A DNA stretch of 64,000 bases from Coprothermobacterota bacterium (GCA_036679065.1 JAZIGN010000003.1:1-64000); one strand, 5' to 3'; positions 9,550 through 19,576 are shown, numbered from the stretch's first letter. Program-made: numbers and translations. The notes: generated from the sequence alone by a model not told the origin.

Positions 9550-10955
9550 ACGCAGGAAACAATGTCTTGAAGGGCATCAAAAATGACCTGAAAATCTTCG
9601 TCCAGCAGTGTGCGCACATCCAAGATAACCTTGTTCTCCACTATGCGCGATATGATGGGTATGTCCCGCTGGCGCAGTCTACGTTCCAGCTCCACTTCGC
9701 TCATGGAACCGACTTCCACTGACACACCGAAAGAAGGCAGTTGCTGGCCTGGTAACGAACCGCCACCAGGAGCTGAATTTACCTGTACTACGCAGCAGTT
9801 AACGTCCTTAATAGTACTCAGCATGTCATTTAAGCGATTTGCTCTTTCTTCAAGCTGTTCCATGGGCATGGCCATCATGTGTAGGGTGGGAATCATTTCC
9901 ATGGGATTACCATCTCTGTAAATACGTAGCGTACCTTCTAGCATAGTGAGGCACAGTTTATCCACCCTTAACGCACGAGTAAGTGGATTCTTCTTCATGG
10001 CATCAATAAAGGCTTTTTTGCCCACGATGATGCCGGCTTGTGGCCCGCCTAGTAGCTTGTCACCACTAAAAGTGACGATGTCCACACCTGCATTGACTAC
10101 TTCTTGGACGGTGGGCTCATGGTCTATCCCCTGCAGCGCTAAGTCCACCATAACACCACTACCTAAATCCATCATGGTAGGTACATTATGACTTTTACCT
10201 ATGCGAGCTAACGTTCCCACGTCCACTTCCTGTGTAAAGCCAATGATGCGGTAATTACTGGTATGGGCCTTAAACAGTAGCCCCGTGTTTTCGCCAATGG
10301 CACCAGTGTAGTCTTCTACACGGGTGCGGTTAGTTGTGCCCACTTCTTTGAGAATGGCACCACTTTGTGTCATGACATCGGGGATGCGAAAAGACCCACC
10401 TATTTCAATGAGTTCACCTCGAGAAACAATAACCTCTTTACCCTTTGCCAGAGTATTGAGCGCCAGCAAAACTGCTGCAGCATTGTTGTTAACAACTAAG
10501 GCTCCTTCCACTCCCAGTAATTCCCTAAGTAAACCTTCTACGTGCACATACCGAGAACCGCGTTCGCCTTCCTCAACATCGTACTCCAGCGTATTGTAGT
10601 GAAAGGCAACTTCTTTTAGCTGCTGTTCTAGTGAAGAAGGCAAGAGAGATCTACCGAGATTAGTATGAACGATAATACCAGTGCCGTTTACCACTCGCCT
10701 AAGGCTGCGCAAATCAAGCTCATGCAGAAGTTTGCTCAAATCATCAACCATAGCGTCTGTGTCCACAGAATGTATCTTTCCTTCGCTGATGCCCTGACGC
10801 CACTTGTCTAGCACTACGCGCACCGCGTTCACCAAGGAACTGTGACTGCGCGTTTCTGCAAACTTGACCACTTGTGGAAGTTTCAAAAACTCATCAACTG
10901 AAGGAAGTAACCGAAAGAGGTTTTGGCTGTCAGTGTTCTCTTTTTCTGTCGCCAT
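9546..10955 (-). CDS. selA: L-seryl-tRNA(Sec) selenium transferase
   Basis: VNGTGIIVHTNLGR, VNNNAAA, FSGDKLLGGPQ (PLP lysine). Confidence 0.97.
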   Translation of the reverse strand: MATEKENTDSQNLFRLLPSVDEFLKLPQVVKFAETRSHSSLVNAVRVVLDKWRQGISEGKIHSVDTDAMVDDLSKLLHELDLRSLRRVVNGTGIIVHTNLGRSLLPSSLEQQLKEVAFHYNTLEYDVEEGERGSRYVHVEGLLRELLGVEGALVVNNNAAAVLLALNTLAKGKEVIVSRGELIEIGGSFRIPDVMTQSGAILKEVGTTNRTRVEDYTGAIGENTGLLFKAHTSNYRIIGFTQEVDVGTLARIGKSHNVPTMMDLGSGVMVDLALQGIDHEPTVQEVVNAGVDIVTFSGDKLLGGPQAGIIVGKKAFIDAMKKNPLTRALRVDKLCLTMLEGTLRIYRDGNPMEMIPTLHMMAMPMEQLEERANRLNDMLSTIKDVNCCVVQVNSAPGGGSLPGQQLPSFGVSVEVGSMSEVELERRLRQRDIPIISRIVENKVILDVRTLLDEDFQVIFDALQDIVSCV

Positions 10956-11016
10956 ATACTCTTATTATTACACAGAAGAAGAACACAAAAGCGCTGTTAA
11001 CGCCCCTTAGTAAGCC

Positions 11017-12057
11017 CTAAATTACTTTGATGTCCACATCTTCACGTGCTATGACATGACCAACGATGTGGGCCTCAATATGAAATTTCTCCTTAAGTTC
11101 GGAAACAAAAGTGGCCGCTTTGTCCTCTGCCATGGCGATGAGTAACCCACCAGACGTTTGAGGGTCGAAGAGTAGATCAGTCATGGCATCCTCTTGGCAA
11201 GTGAATGCCACCTTTCCTTTTAGGTAATCCTTGTTTCTATAAGCACCAGCAGGTATGAGACCCATCTGTGCCAGCTCCACAGCGCCCTCAATGATTGGCA
11301 CAGCATTCCTGTGAATTACCAGCGTGATTCCGCTGCCTGCTGCCATTTCATAGGCATGGCCAAGGAATCCAAAACCTGTTATGTCGGTGCAAGCGCTTGC
11401 TTGAAGCTCCACCATAAGCCTAGAGGCTTCTTTGTTCAAGGCTTTCATTACCTGCACTGCTCGAGCAGCCACTTCCGGCGGGCATAGATCACCCTTAATG
11501 GCAGTATTGATAACCCCTGTGCCCAATGGTTTGGTTAGAACCAAAACATCGCCCACTCTTGCCGTACTGTTTCTTACGATGACATGTGGCTTAACGTAAC
11601 CTATTACGCTAAGACCGTACTTGGGTTCATCGTCATCAATGGAATGCCCGCCAGTAACCACAGCTCCAGCTTCCTTTACTTTGTCCCATCCACCCTTCAG
11701 TGTTCGCTCCAAAAGGTCCATGTAACAACTGGGCCAGCACACCACGTTCAATGCAAACATGGGTTCACCACCCATGGCGTAAATGTCGCTAAGAGCATTA
11801 GCAGCAGCTATTTGTCCAAAATCATAAGGATCATCCACCACCGGCGTAAAAAAGTCCAACGTGTGTATGACTGCCATGCCTTCAGGTATTCGGTAGACTG
11901 CAGCATCCTCATTGGTTCCCAAACCCACTAAAAGATTCTCTTCCCGCTGTTCTTCATTTTCAAACTGGTGCAGTACCTGCGCCAGGGCCTGAGGGCCAAT
12001 TTTTGCCCCTCAGCCAGAAGCCTTCGTCATCTGGGTTAATCTGATACCTTCTTCCAT
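11017..12057 (-). CDS. selD: Selenide, water dikinase; selenoprotein with Sec16 (UGA at 12012-12010), 346 aa
   Basis: Reading upstream of the ORF-track start gives MEEGIRLTQMTKASG-UGA-GAKIGPQ, in frame with DFFTP...DPQTSGGLL. SD GGGAGGAGG. Catalytic G-U-x-x-K motif. Confidence 0.95.
11965..11985 (-). promoter_or_regulatory. SECIS-like hairpin of selD
   Basis: mRNA CUGG-C-GCAG-GUA-CUGC-A-CCAG; the GGU at the apex begins 33 nt after the UGA. Confidence 0.7.
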
Positions 12058-12112
12058 GTCGCGGTACTGCACCTCCTCCCTATCAAATATGTATCTTTCA
12101 AAAAAAGCTTTC

Positions 12113-13252
12113 TTATTGCATTGCCTCCTGCAAAAGCTTCATGGCTTCTTCCAAATCTTCTTCACTAACCCTGATTACTGGACCGGTGCAGCCCATTCCG
12201 CTCTCAGCGTAGATCCCATGAGACCAAAGTAGCTTAACCATGTCCTCCAGCTCCAACACGTCAATCCCTGATATCTCCTCTGCTACGGGCTTCGGATCAG
12301 GCATTTTTACTTCTTGCAACTCCGCTGCAGGAGCCTTTTCCTTTTTGCTAAGTACATCCTTCCAACCTATGCGGTTTAGCATTTCAAATTCCTGACGCGC
12401 AACCTCCTTAAGGTTGCCTTTTACCAGGTCGGCTGCAAACTTTATGGCATTGGCGGCCACAGGCGCACCTGAAGCTCTGGATAAAATCATGATGATGCGA
12501 TCATATCCTTCACCAATGCCAGGGCCGTAACCAAACCCGATGGATTCATAGTCTCCACCTGTAGTAAACGCAGACAATATCTTAACCAGCAGATTGCCCG
12601 TAAGCGTGTCTGTAACCATGACGTCACAGGAAGCAGCCAGCAAATCGTTCCCACGCATAACCACACCGCCATCTTCCCTGAGTGACTGAGCGAATTTTAT
12701 GGGATAGCCCCTTTCCTTAAGCTGATTAAGTACTCTTTCCACTTGCCTTGCGCCATCCACATTCAATATGCCCACAGTGGGTTCCTTTATCCCCAAAGCT
12801 TTTGCCACAATGTTGCCATAAACAGCGTTCTTCACCATGGCTTCCACACGATCCGCAGCTGCAGTACCCGTAGTGGTCGCCAGCAATATCTCTTTGCCTT
12901 TGGCTGGCGTTATGAGCCTTCCCACTGTGGAAACACCCAGTGGAAAATTGTAGTGCATGGTCACACAAGCATCAATTTCATGCTTGTCCAGAAGCTCTTC
13001 CATGAGGCAGTGGCACCCTTCCAACGTCTCGGCTTCATAGCAATGCAGAGAACTGTTACCTTTTGCCCCGATGAGTACCACTTCCACATCGTCATAGAGT
13101 TTTTGAGCAAGTTCAGCTCCGCGGATAATTTCCTCAGTACCGTGCTCACTGCCCAGTGTGGTAATACCCACTCGTACTTTCTTTCTGTATTCGCCTTTTT
13201 CCAAGAAATCGGCTACCTGTTCCAAAATGTCGGCCATTAAGTTTCTGTCCAT
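12113..13252 (-). CDS. grdD: Glycine/sarcosine/betaine reductase component C, alpha subunit (PlsX-like)
   Basis: VTMHYNFPLGVSTVG, MRGNDLL, and C-terminal AESGMGCTGPV catalytic Cys. Confidence 0.93.
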   Translation of the reverse strand: MDRNLMADILEQVADFLEKGEYRKKVRVGITTLGSEHGTEEIIRGAELAQKLYDDVEVVLIGAKGNSSLHCYEAETLEGCHCLMEELLDKHEIDACVTMHYNFPLGVSTVGRLITPAKGKEILLATTTGTAAADRVEAMVKNAVYGNIVAKALGIKEPTVGILNVDGARQVERVLNQLKERGYPIKFAQSLREDGGVVMRGNDLLAASCDVMVTDTLTGNLLVKILSAFTTGGDYESIGFGYGPGIGEGYDRIIMILSRASGAPVAANAIKFAADLVKGNLKEVARQEFEMLNRIGWKDVLSKKEKAPAAELQEVKMPDPKPVAEEISGIDVLELEDMVKLLWSHGIYAESGMGCTGPVIRVSEEDLEEAMKLLQEAMQ

Positions 13253-13259
13253 GGTCCTT

Positions 13260-14804
13260 TTACACCTCTTCGTTCCTGAGACGGTTAGCCACGTCTCGGA
13301 GAACATCTGCCAGTAGTTTACGTAGCTGTTCCTCCTCACCTGCTTTCACTTCAGCGGGCTTCTCTTCCTCTTTGCCCTTGTTGTTCTCAATGAGGAAGGA
13401 AACACCATCGAACTGGTTTGTCATGCGACTAAGGAACAAGCTCCCCTTCCCAATAACCATGACCCGAGAAAGCTTGCCTTCCAGTATCTTTTCTCGAGCA
13501 TAGCCCATGATAGGCACACCAGAAGGAATGTGGCCCTGAGTAGGTGCAAACCCGGGCATGCCGTGCTTTCTTATGAAATCATCCATGTTTTCTTTAGTAA
13601 TTTCGCCGCGTTTTACAGCCAGTGCTGCAATCATTTTGTAGTTGGACTTTGGAACGTCGCCAGCGCCAGCTGGCTCTGTGACCTCCGGGTTCTGCATTTC
13701 AGGAGCGTACTTGTCCACATCCTGTAAATTCAGTCCCAGCTTCTCCAATGGTTTCACCGTTAATGCCCCCATGACCTGCTGTGGCGACGAACCCGTACCC
13801 ACAGTATGGACGCCAATGCTGTCCAGACGTATCTCGGGGCTTACACCATCGTTCTCTGAGATGAGCACAGCAAATCCACCCAAAACATCCTCCAGCAGTG
13901 GAACACCCTTCTTTACATGTTCCTTAGCGTTCATACCCAGTTTCGCTGTGGCGCCTCCTGCAACCACTGCCACGTTTTTAAATACCCCTGAGGCCACCAT
14001 GGATGCTGCATGAAGGATGGCATGAGCTGGGCCTGCACAGAAACCCCGTACATCGGAACCTGTAGCATTCACAGTGCCCACAATTTCACCGATAGCTTTG
14101 GCAAAATTGCCTCCACCTCTCTGGTTCATATCGCCGCAAGCTTCTTCAGAGCACTCAATGATGTATTCAATAGCACCCGGATCCATGTTCGTATTCCTTA
14201 GCAGATGTTTCAAAGCCAGAATCGCAGATGCCTTAGTTGCCAAGTTCTCAAGCATGACATGCGCTGCCAATGTTTCATCCATTTCGTGAGCCTTTCTTAC
14301 ACACCCTACCACTTTTCCATCCAGCTTTAGCGGAATCCCTTCGTCTTCTATGTGTTTCTCAATCTCAGCTAAGGGCTTTCCTTTGAGCTTACTAAGGTCT
14401 TTTTCGTCCAGCAAGGGATGTTTAGAGAGCTTTTCTTTAATCTGCTGCGCAAAGGACTCCTCCAGCCAAACCAAGTCAAAAACGTCAGCTATTTGCATGA
14501 GCCCATAGAACTCATCTTCGGGCATGATTTCTCCGAACTTGCCAAATCTTTTTGCCTCTGTCAAATGCTCGTACCACGGTTGAGGAATGTTTTCAAGCTC
14601 TTCAGGATCCATGTTTCCAATGAAAACTTGGTTCGGTGGGTAACCTACACACTGTTCGTAGCTTCGTACAAACTCAGGGGCTCTTTGAAGAAACTCGGTG
14701 TTCTTGTTCTCCGCTTTCTCCAACGTGAATGTGGTTCCTGCTTCAGTCATAATGTTTGGTGTGTGTACCAGCACAAAACTTGTACCCTTGACTACGGGTT
14801 TCAT
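13260..14804 (-). CDS. grdC: Glycine/sarcosine/betaine reductase component C, beta subunit (FabH-like)
   Basis: ECSEEACGDMNQRGGGN, RGFCAGP, APTQGHIPSG. Confidence 0.93.
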   Translation of the reverse strand: MKPVVKGTSFVLVHTPNIMTEAGTTFTLEKAENKNTEFLQRAPEFVRSYEQCVGYPPNQVFIGNMDPEELENIPQPWYEHLTEAKRFGKFGEIMPEDEFYGLMQIADVFDLVWLEESFAQQIKEKLSKHPLLDEKDLSKLKGKPLAEIEKHIEDEGIPLKLDGKVVGCVRKAHEMDETLAAHVMLENLATKASAILALKHLLRNTNMDPGAIEYIIECSEEACGDMNQRGGGNFAKAIGEIVGTVNATGSDVRGFCAGPAHAILHAASMVASGVFKNVAVVAGGATAKLGMNAKEHVKKGVPLLEDVLGGFAVLISENDGVSPEIRLDSIGVHTVGTGSSPQQVMGALTVKPLEKLGLNLQDVDKYAPEMQNPEVTEPAGAGDVPKSNYKMIAALAVKRGEITKENMDDFIRKHGMPGFAPTQGHIPSGVPIMGYAREKILEGKLSRVMVIGKGSLFLSRMTNQFDGVSFLIENNKGKEEEKPAEVKAGEEEQLRKLLADVLRDVANRLRNEEV

Positions 14805-14931
14805 CGCACAAACTCCCTTCCTTGCAGTGTTTTTTCTTTAGAAGTGCTCAAAAAAATAACCTTTCTCCTTTTTTCCTCGTATGCAACCACTCTTCATGTG
14901 TATGAAACTATCGCATGCACACATCAATAAG

Positions 14932-14966
14932 AAGGGGCGGTTCTCCCACAGGTGAGCCGCCCCTTT
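14932..14966 (-). terminator. GC-rich hairpin after grdB (terminator or mRNA 3' stabiliser)
   Basis: Minus strand AAAGGGGCGG-CTCACCTGTGGGAGAA-CCGCCCCTT followed by CTTATT, just after the grdB stop. Confidence 0.65.
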
Positions 14967-14973
14967 AATCTTC

Positions 14974-16281
14974 TTACTGCCACTCAAAAACCGTCTGGGT
15001 ATCAATATCTGTCTGCAACGCTTCCAAAGCCTTTTCGAGAATCTTCCTTCTTAAGGCTTTTTCGTCTTCTTTGGACAACTCTGGGTTCCCCAGTGGGTGA
15101 GGAATGGCCACCGCAGGCACTATTCTGTTAGCTCCTACGGTCTTGGAAATTGGCACAATGGTACAAATATGAACCGTGGGCAATCCTGCCCTCTCTAACT
15201 CTTTTACCATCGTTGCACCGCAACGAGTACAAGTCCCTCAGGTTGAGGTGAGTATGACAGCCTGCACTCCTGCATCTTTGAGTTCCTTTGCAATGGCCTG
15301 ACCATACTGCTGAGCCTTGGCAACCGGGGTACCGTTGCCTACTGTGGCGTAGTAGTACCTGTGAAGTTTGCCGATCTTCCCTTCCTTTTCCAGCTCTCTC
15401 ATCACATCCACAGGCAATACCCTGTTGGGATCTTCGTTGGCATACACAGGGTCGTACCCACCGTGAGCTGTCTGGTGAGTTTCCGGACTAAGTGCCTGAA
15501 TGCCTTCCAAGTCATACTTCCCAAACTTACTTGCACTGGAAGACTCAATGTGGTCAGGATTACCTTTAGGCACAATACCACCAGAAGTTACTAAAGCCAC
15601 TAGTGCTTTACTCAAGTCCTTCACGGCAGGAGCTGGTGGTACACGATCGAACTCCGGCATAGGCAGTTCCGTTGTGTAAGGTTCTCCCTTAAGCTTCTTA
15701 ACAAGCATGTCCACTGCACGCTTGGAACCACGTTCCTGAGCAAAATAGTTCTTCCTAATGCCCCTGGGAATGTAGCCCTCTTCCTCGGGAGTCCCAATTT
15801 CCTCTTTGTTAACCATTTTTAGAGCCAGCTTTACCATCTTTGTTATGGCATCTTTCATCTGCGCAGCTGAATCACCGGTCTTTACCACGTAAACGTCTTT
15901 CTTGCATAAATCCACACCGGGGTTCTCGGGATACATTCCAGTCACCACGGGAATGCCGAACTTCTCCTGCACAGCTTTACACACTGTGGCACATGCGATT
16001 CCGTAGCGCCCAGCAAAGAATGCAGGACCAGCCACAAACAGGTCAGGCTGATACTGTTCCACCATACGAAGGACTTCTGCTAAGGCTTCGTCCACGTGCT
16101 CGTTGAAATAAGAGTCTCCGCATATGATGGTAGCAACTACCTTTCCCTGATCGCCCAGTGCTTGCTGCAAAGCCAATCCTGGGCCTACTGGTCCTTCTTT
16201 AACCAGAGGTGGAGTATCTGCCTTGTCTTCGCCACCTATTTGCCCAAAGAACTGGTTTATGTAATGTACTACTTTTAACAT
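14974..16281 (-). CDS. grdB: Glycine reductase selenoprotein B, 435 aa, Sec348 (UGA 15240-15238); substrate subtype (glycine vs sarcosine/betaine) not proven
   Basis: The 347-aa and 78-aa track ORFs join in frame: ILTST-UGA-GTCTRCGATMVKE, the UxxCxxC motif. Confidence 0.93.
15211..15225 (-). promoter_or_regulatory. SECIS-like hairpin of grdB
   Basis: mRNA CGUUGC-GGU-GCAACG; loop begins 19 nt after the UGA. Confidence 0.75.
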
Positions 16282-16347
16282 TCCATCACCTCCTCATGAA
16301 CAGCACAGCATCTGAAATAGTTTCTCCACGTTCACAACGTGTTTCCA

Positions 16348-16812
16348 TTAGAATTTGCTGTACTGCTCCCTTATGGACTTAACCGCATTGGTTATTGCGT
16401 CCACATCTAAAACCATTTCTACGATACCTACTTGCTCCTCATAAACCTGTGGATCTATTTCCTGTTTGATCTCCGGTTCAATAATGTGGTAAACGGGGAG
16501 TCCCAAAGCAACACCAGCTAGCGGACCAGCAAAGCTGGGGTCACCGTTGGTAACGGTTTCAGCAAAAATGGATGCTCCATCTGGGTCACTGTTGCCCAAG
16601 ATCACGACAACATTTTCAGGTCCGTACTTCTCGGCTATTTCTTTTATACGACCTTGAACCTCAAGGTCCATTGCGCCTGCGGCTGTTCAAACAGAGCATT
16701 CTGTAGTAGAAAATACTACTTCTGCTCCTGCTGTTTTAATGCACTCTTCAATGGCGGGGCCCGGAACGCCGTCCCTTTCGCCTACAATGATGACTTTCTT
16801 TCCTTCTAACAT
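16348..16812 (-). CDS. grdA: Glycine/sarcosine/betaine reductase selenoprotein A, 154 aa, Sec42 (UGA 16689-16687)
   Basis: [24 protein letters not shown]...[19 protein letters not shown] is in frame with the 107-aa track ORF. CxxU motif; SD AAGGAGGG. Confidence 0.95.
16650..16668 (-). promoter_or_regulatory. SECIS-like hairpin of grdA
   Basis: mRNA GACCUUGA-GGU-UCAAGGUC, a perfect 8-bp stem; loop begins 27 nt after the UGA. Confidence 0.8.
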
Positions 16813-16838
16813 GGGCTTACTCCCTCCTTATTTGTGAT

Positions 16839-18125
16839 CTAGTACCCTTTTGCTGCCAATGTGCCAAATCCTACTTCTGAAGTAGAGGCTGTTATGGCTT
16901 GAAGCTCCACTGTTATGCTGCCGTCAGGAGCCAGAGCTCCTTCGAAACCGCCCGCGATGACATTGGCAGCCTTAGGATCGCCTATGACTTTCTTCATAGG
17001 TGGCAAGTGAACGATTTCGTTTGCGTTACCCACGGATACCACCGCATCAGCGGTTTTGTCCACGTCGGCCAAAGACTGCGACTGCCCGTCTCGGCCTGCG
17101 TATTCGTCGGTGACAAGCACCGTCTTTATCCCTTTTTCGGAAATCTTCTTGCAGTTCATGATGAGGTCCGTATCAGGATTTCCAAAACCTTCCTCATTAA
17201 TGATTACTGCATCCAGACCCAAGTACTCCACTAGTTTTGCTGTGTAGTCAGAAGAACGCTCCTTATCAGCTAACGTGACGTTTTCGTTAGTAATGATGAC
17301 GCCAACAAAGTTGTAGTCCTTACCGTGGCGCTCATACAAATCTTCAATGATGGGATTGTTCTGGTGGACATACGTTGGATTCTTGTCACAAGCAGAAACA
17401 CAGTTACCACTAACAATGGCACCATCCATGGGCTCTGTGGGATACATAAATGTGGGAAGAATCCTCTTCGCGTCCACACCGTACACGTACGTATCATGCA
17501 GCAAGCCTTGGCTCTGCAATTGATATACGTACCCTACTCTGGGCAGATCAGGATACTGCTTTACACTTTCAAACAAAGGTAGTGCCTCATAAACCTTAAC
17601 TTCATCAGGTTCTACATTTCTCCCGGCTTCTCCGATCAGGGCTGCAGCTCTAAGTCCTGCTAGCCTCACTACTTCTTCGTGCTCATGCTTTGGCAACCCC
17701 TCCACGGGCTCGCACACCACAACAATGTTCAACGTCTTGGAAAAAGGAGTGTATTTGGCTCCTTCTCCCGACATGTCGATGATGCCTTCCTGGAAGCCCA
17801 CAATGGTTCCAGTAGTAACCACGGCTGTGTTCTTCAGCACGTGAGTGCGCCCACTGCCAACAGTGTTGACCTTACTGATGAACCCCGGGAACACACCACC
17901 CGGTCCACTGACTTTGACACGAGGTTCAATAACGTCTTTTACCGGGATGATTCTGACCTCCTCACCAGGTTTAGCCAAATCAATGTCCACCTTGGCTAAG
18001 CGAGGATCCTGCATGAGGGCTTCAATAATGGCTTCCTTGTTAACATGGAGCACACCATCGACCACTTTGGTTTCGTTGGAAAAAATCACATCTTTGATGA
18101 AGATGTTACCGAGTTCAAGTTTCAC
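16839..18125 (-). CDS. grdE: Glycine reductase component B alpha/beta proprotein
   Basis: 428 aa with PVKDVIEPR, GAIVSGNCVSACDKN (Cys processing region) and EEGFGNPDTD. Confidence 0.92.
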   Translation of the reverse strand: MKLELGNIFIKDVIFSNETKVVDGVLHVNKEAIIEALMQDPRLAKVDIDLAKPGEEVRIIPVKDVIEPRVKVSGPGGVFPGFISKVNTVGSGRTHVLKNTAVVTTGTIVGFQEGIIDMSGEGAKYTPFSKTLNIVVVCEPVEGLPKHEHEEVVRLAGLRAAALIGEAGRNVEPDEVKVYEALPLFESVKQYPDLPRVGYVYQLQSQGLLHDTYVYGVDAKRILPTFMYPTEPMDGAIVSGNCVSACDKNPTYVHQNNPIIEDLYERHGKDYNFVGVIITNENVTLADKERSSDYTAKLVEYLGLDAVIINEEGFGNPDTDLIMNCKKISEKGIKTVLVTDEYAGRDGQSQSLADVDKTADAVVSVGNANEIVHLPPMKKVIGDPKAANVIAGGFEGALAPDGSITVELQAITASTSEVGFGTLAAKGY

Positions 18126-18145
18126 GCTGTCACCCCCTTCTCCGC

Positions 18146-18463
18146 TTATAAGTACTTGTTGATCATTTCCTCGATTTTATCAACGGTTACATCCTGTGTA
18201 ATCTCGTCCACCTTTTCGCCGTTTTTGTACAGCTGGAATGTGGGCAAGCTCATCACCTTTAAACTCCAGCAGAAGCGCCTGTCTTTAGCAGCATCGACCT
18301 TTGCAAACTTCACTTTATCTGCGTATTTCTTCTCCAGTTCCTCTACCTCGGGCATAAGAGCCATGCACTTCTCGCACTTCTCACTCCAAAAGTCCACCAA
18401 CACCAATTTGTCGGTTTCGCTTTTTACTTCCTGTTCGAAGTTTTGAGCTGTTACCTCAACCAT
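18146..18463 (-). CDS. trxA: Thioredoxin of the grd operon
   Basis: Trx fold: VLVDFWSEKCEKC...MSLPTF. SD AAGGAGGTG before ATG 18463. Confidence 0.88.
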   Translation of the reverse strand: MVEVTAQNFEQEVKSETDKLVLVDFWSEKCEKCMALMPEVEELEKKYADKVKFAKVDAAKDRRFCWSLKVMSLPTFQLYKNGEKVDEITQDVTVDKIEEMINKYL

Positions 18464-18476
18464 GTTTGTCACCTCC

Positions 18477-19406
18477 TTAGTCAGAGAAGTTCTCGTCCAC
18501 GTATCTTTCTGCTGCCACTGCGGCTTGTGCACCATCAGCAGCAGCTGTTACCACCTGCCTGAGCCATTTAACCCTACAATCACCAGCAGCAAAAACACCT
18601 GGTACATCGGTACGCATGTACTCATCAGTCTTTATGTAGCCCTTTTCATCCATGTCCACCAGGCCCTTGAAAAGCTCCGTGTCAGGCTTCATGCCAGCAA
18701 ACACAAACACACCCTGAACCTGTAGCTCCGTTCTTTCGCCGGTTTGCGTATCTTTAAGCACAACCTTTTCTACGAGATCTTCTCCCTCAATGCTTTCCAC
18801 AGCTGTGTGGGTGAGAATCTTTACCTTAGGGTTGTTCGCAGCTCGTTCTTGAAGTATTTTTGAAGCCCTGAGTTCGGGGAGCATCTCCACAATGGTTACG
18901 CTGTTACAATACTTTGTCAAATACAAACCCTCCTGCAACCCAGAGTCACCTCCACCGATGACTACAACATCCAAATCGGTGAAGAAATCGGCATCGCAAG
19001 TGGCACAGTAGGAAACACCTTTGCCGGTAAACTTCTCTTCGCCAGGAATGCCCAGCCTGATGTGGGAAGCTCCTGGAGCCAAAATGACTGTTTTCCCTTC
19101 ATACGTACCCTTGTTGGTAACTACTTTCTTCACTTTCCCGCTTAGATCCACAGACTTCACTTCTTCGTGCTTTATGACAGCGCCAAAATACTCAGCCTGC
19201 TCACGCATTCTAGCGGTAATCTTGGGTCCTGTGGGATCCTCTACGGAACCTGGATAGTTCTCCAAACCCCAGGTAAGTGCAGCTTGACCCCCCACTTGCT
19301 TTTTTTCAAAAACTATGGTGCTAAGCCTTGCTCTTCCGGCGTAGATAGCAGCCGACAAACCCGCTGGCCCCGCACCAATGATTAAGCAATCGTACAAATC
19401 GGGCAT
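18477..19406 (-). CDS. trxB: Thioredoxin reductase
   Basis: IIGAGPAGL, GVSYCATCD, GGGDSG, VFAAGD. Confidence 0.95.
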   Translation of the reverse strand: MPDLYDCLIIGAGPAGLSAAIYAGRARLSTIVFEKKQVGGQAALTWGLENYPGSVEDPTGPKITARMREQAEYFGAVIKHEEVKSVDLSGKVKKVVTNKGTYEGKTVILAPGASHIRLGIPGEEKFTGKGVSYCATCDADFFTDLDVVVIGGGDSGLQEGLYLTKYCNSVTIVEMLPELRASKILQERAANNPKVKILTHTAVESIEGEDLVEKVVLKDTQTGERTELQVQGVFVFAGMKPDTELFKGLVDMDEKGYIKTDEYMRTDVPGVFAAGDCRVKWLRQVVTAAADGAQAAVAAERYVDENFSD

Positions 19407-19539
19407 TTTGTCACCTCACAGATGAGATTTATTGTTCTTTTCGTCGCGATTCACTTTAAGATAATTTTATCATTTTTTCACACTGGATGTATGCAATCAC
19501 AAAACACCATGCTCAGGACCAAACGCATATATGCAACGT

Positions 19540-19576
19540 AAAAAGGCCAGCGCTTACTCAGGGCGCCAGCCTTTTT
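19540..19576 (-). terminator. Intrinsic terminator after the fructose PTS operon
   Basis: AAAAA-GGCTGGCGC-CCTGAGTAA-GCGCTGGCC-TTTTT on the minus strand. Confidence 0.8.

Noticed and set aside
11017..16812. selD, grdB and grdA as nonsense-mutated pseudogenes
   Set aside because: Each UGA sits at the known Sec position and is followed by a SECIS-like hairpin; selA, selB and selC are present.
14860..19520. Sigma54 promoters at the TTGCA words before grdC and trxB
   Set aside because: The required GG-N10-GC spacing is absent.
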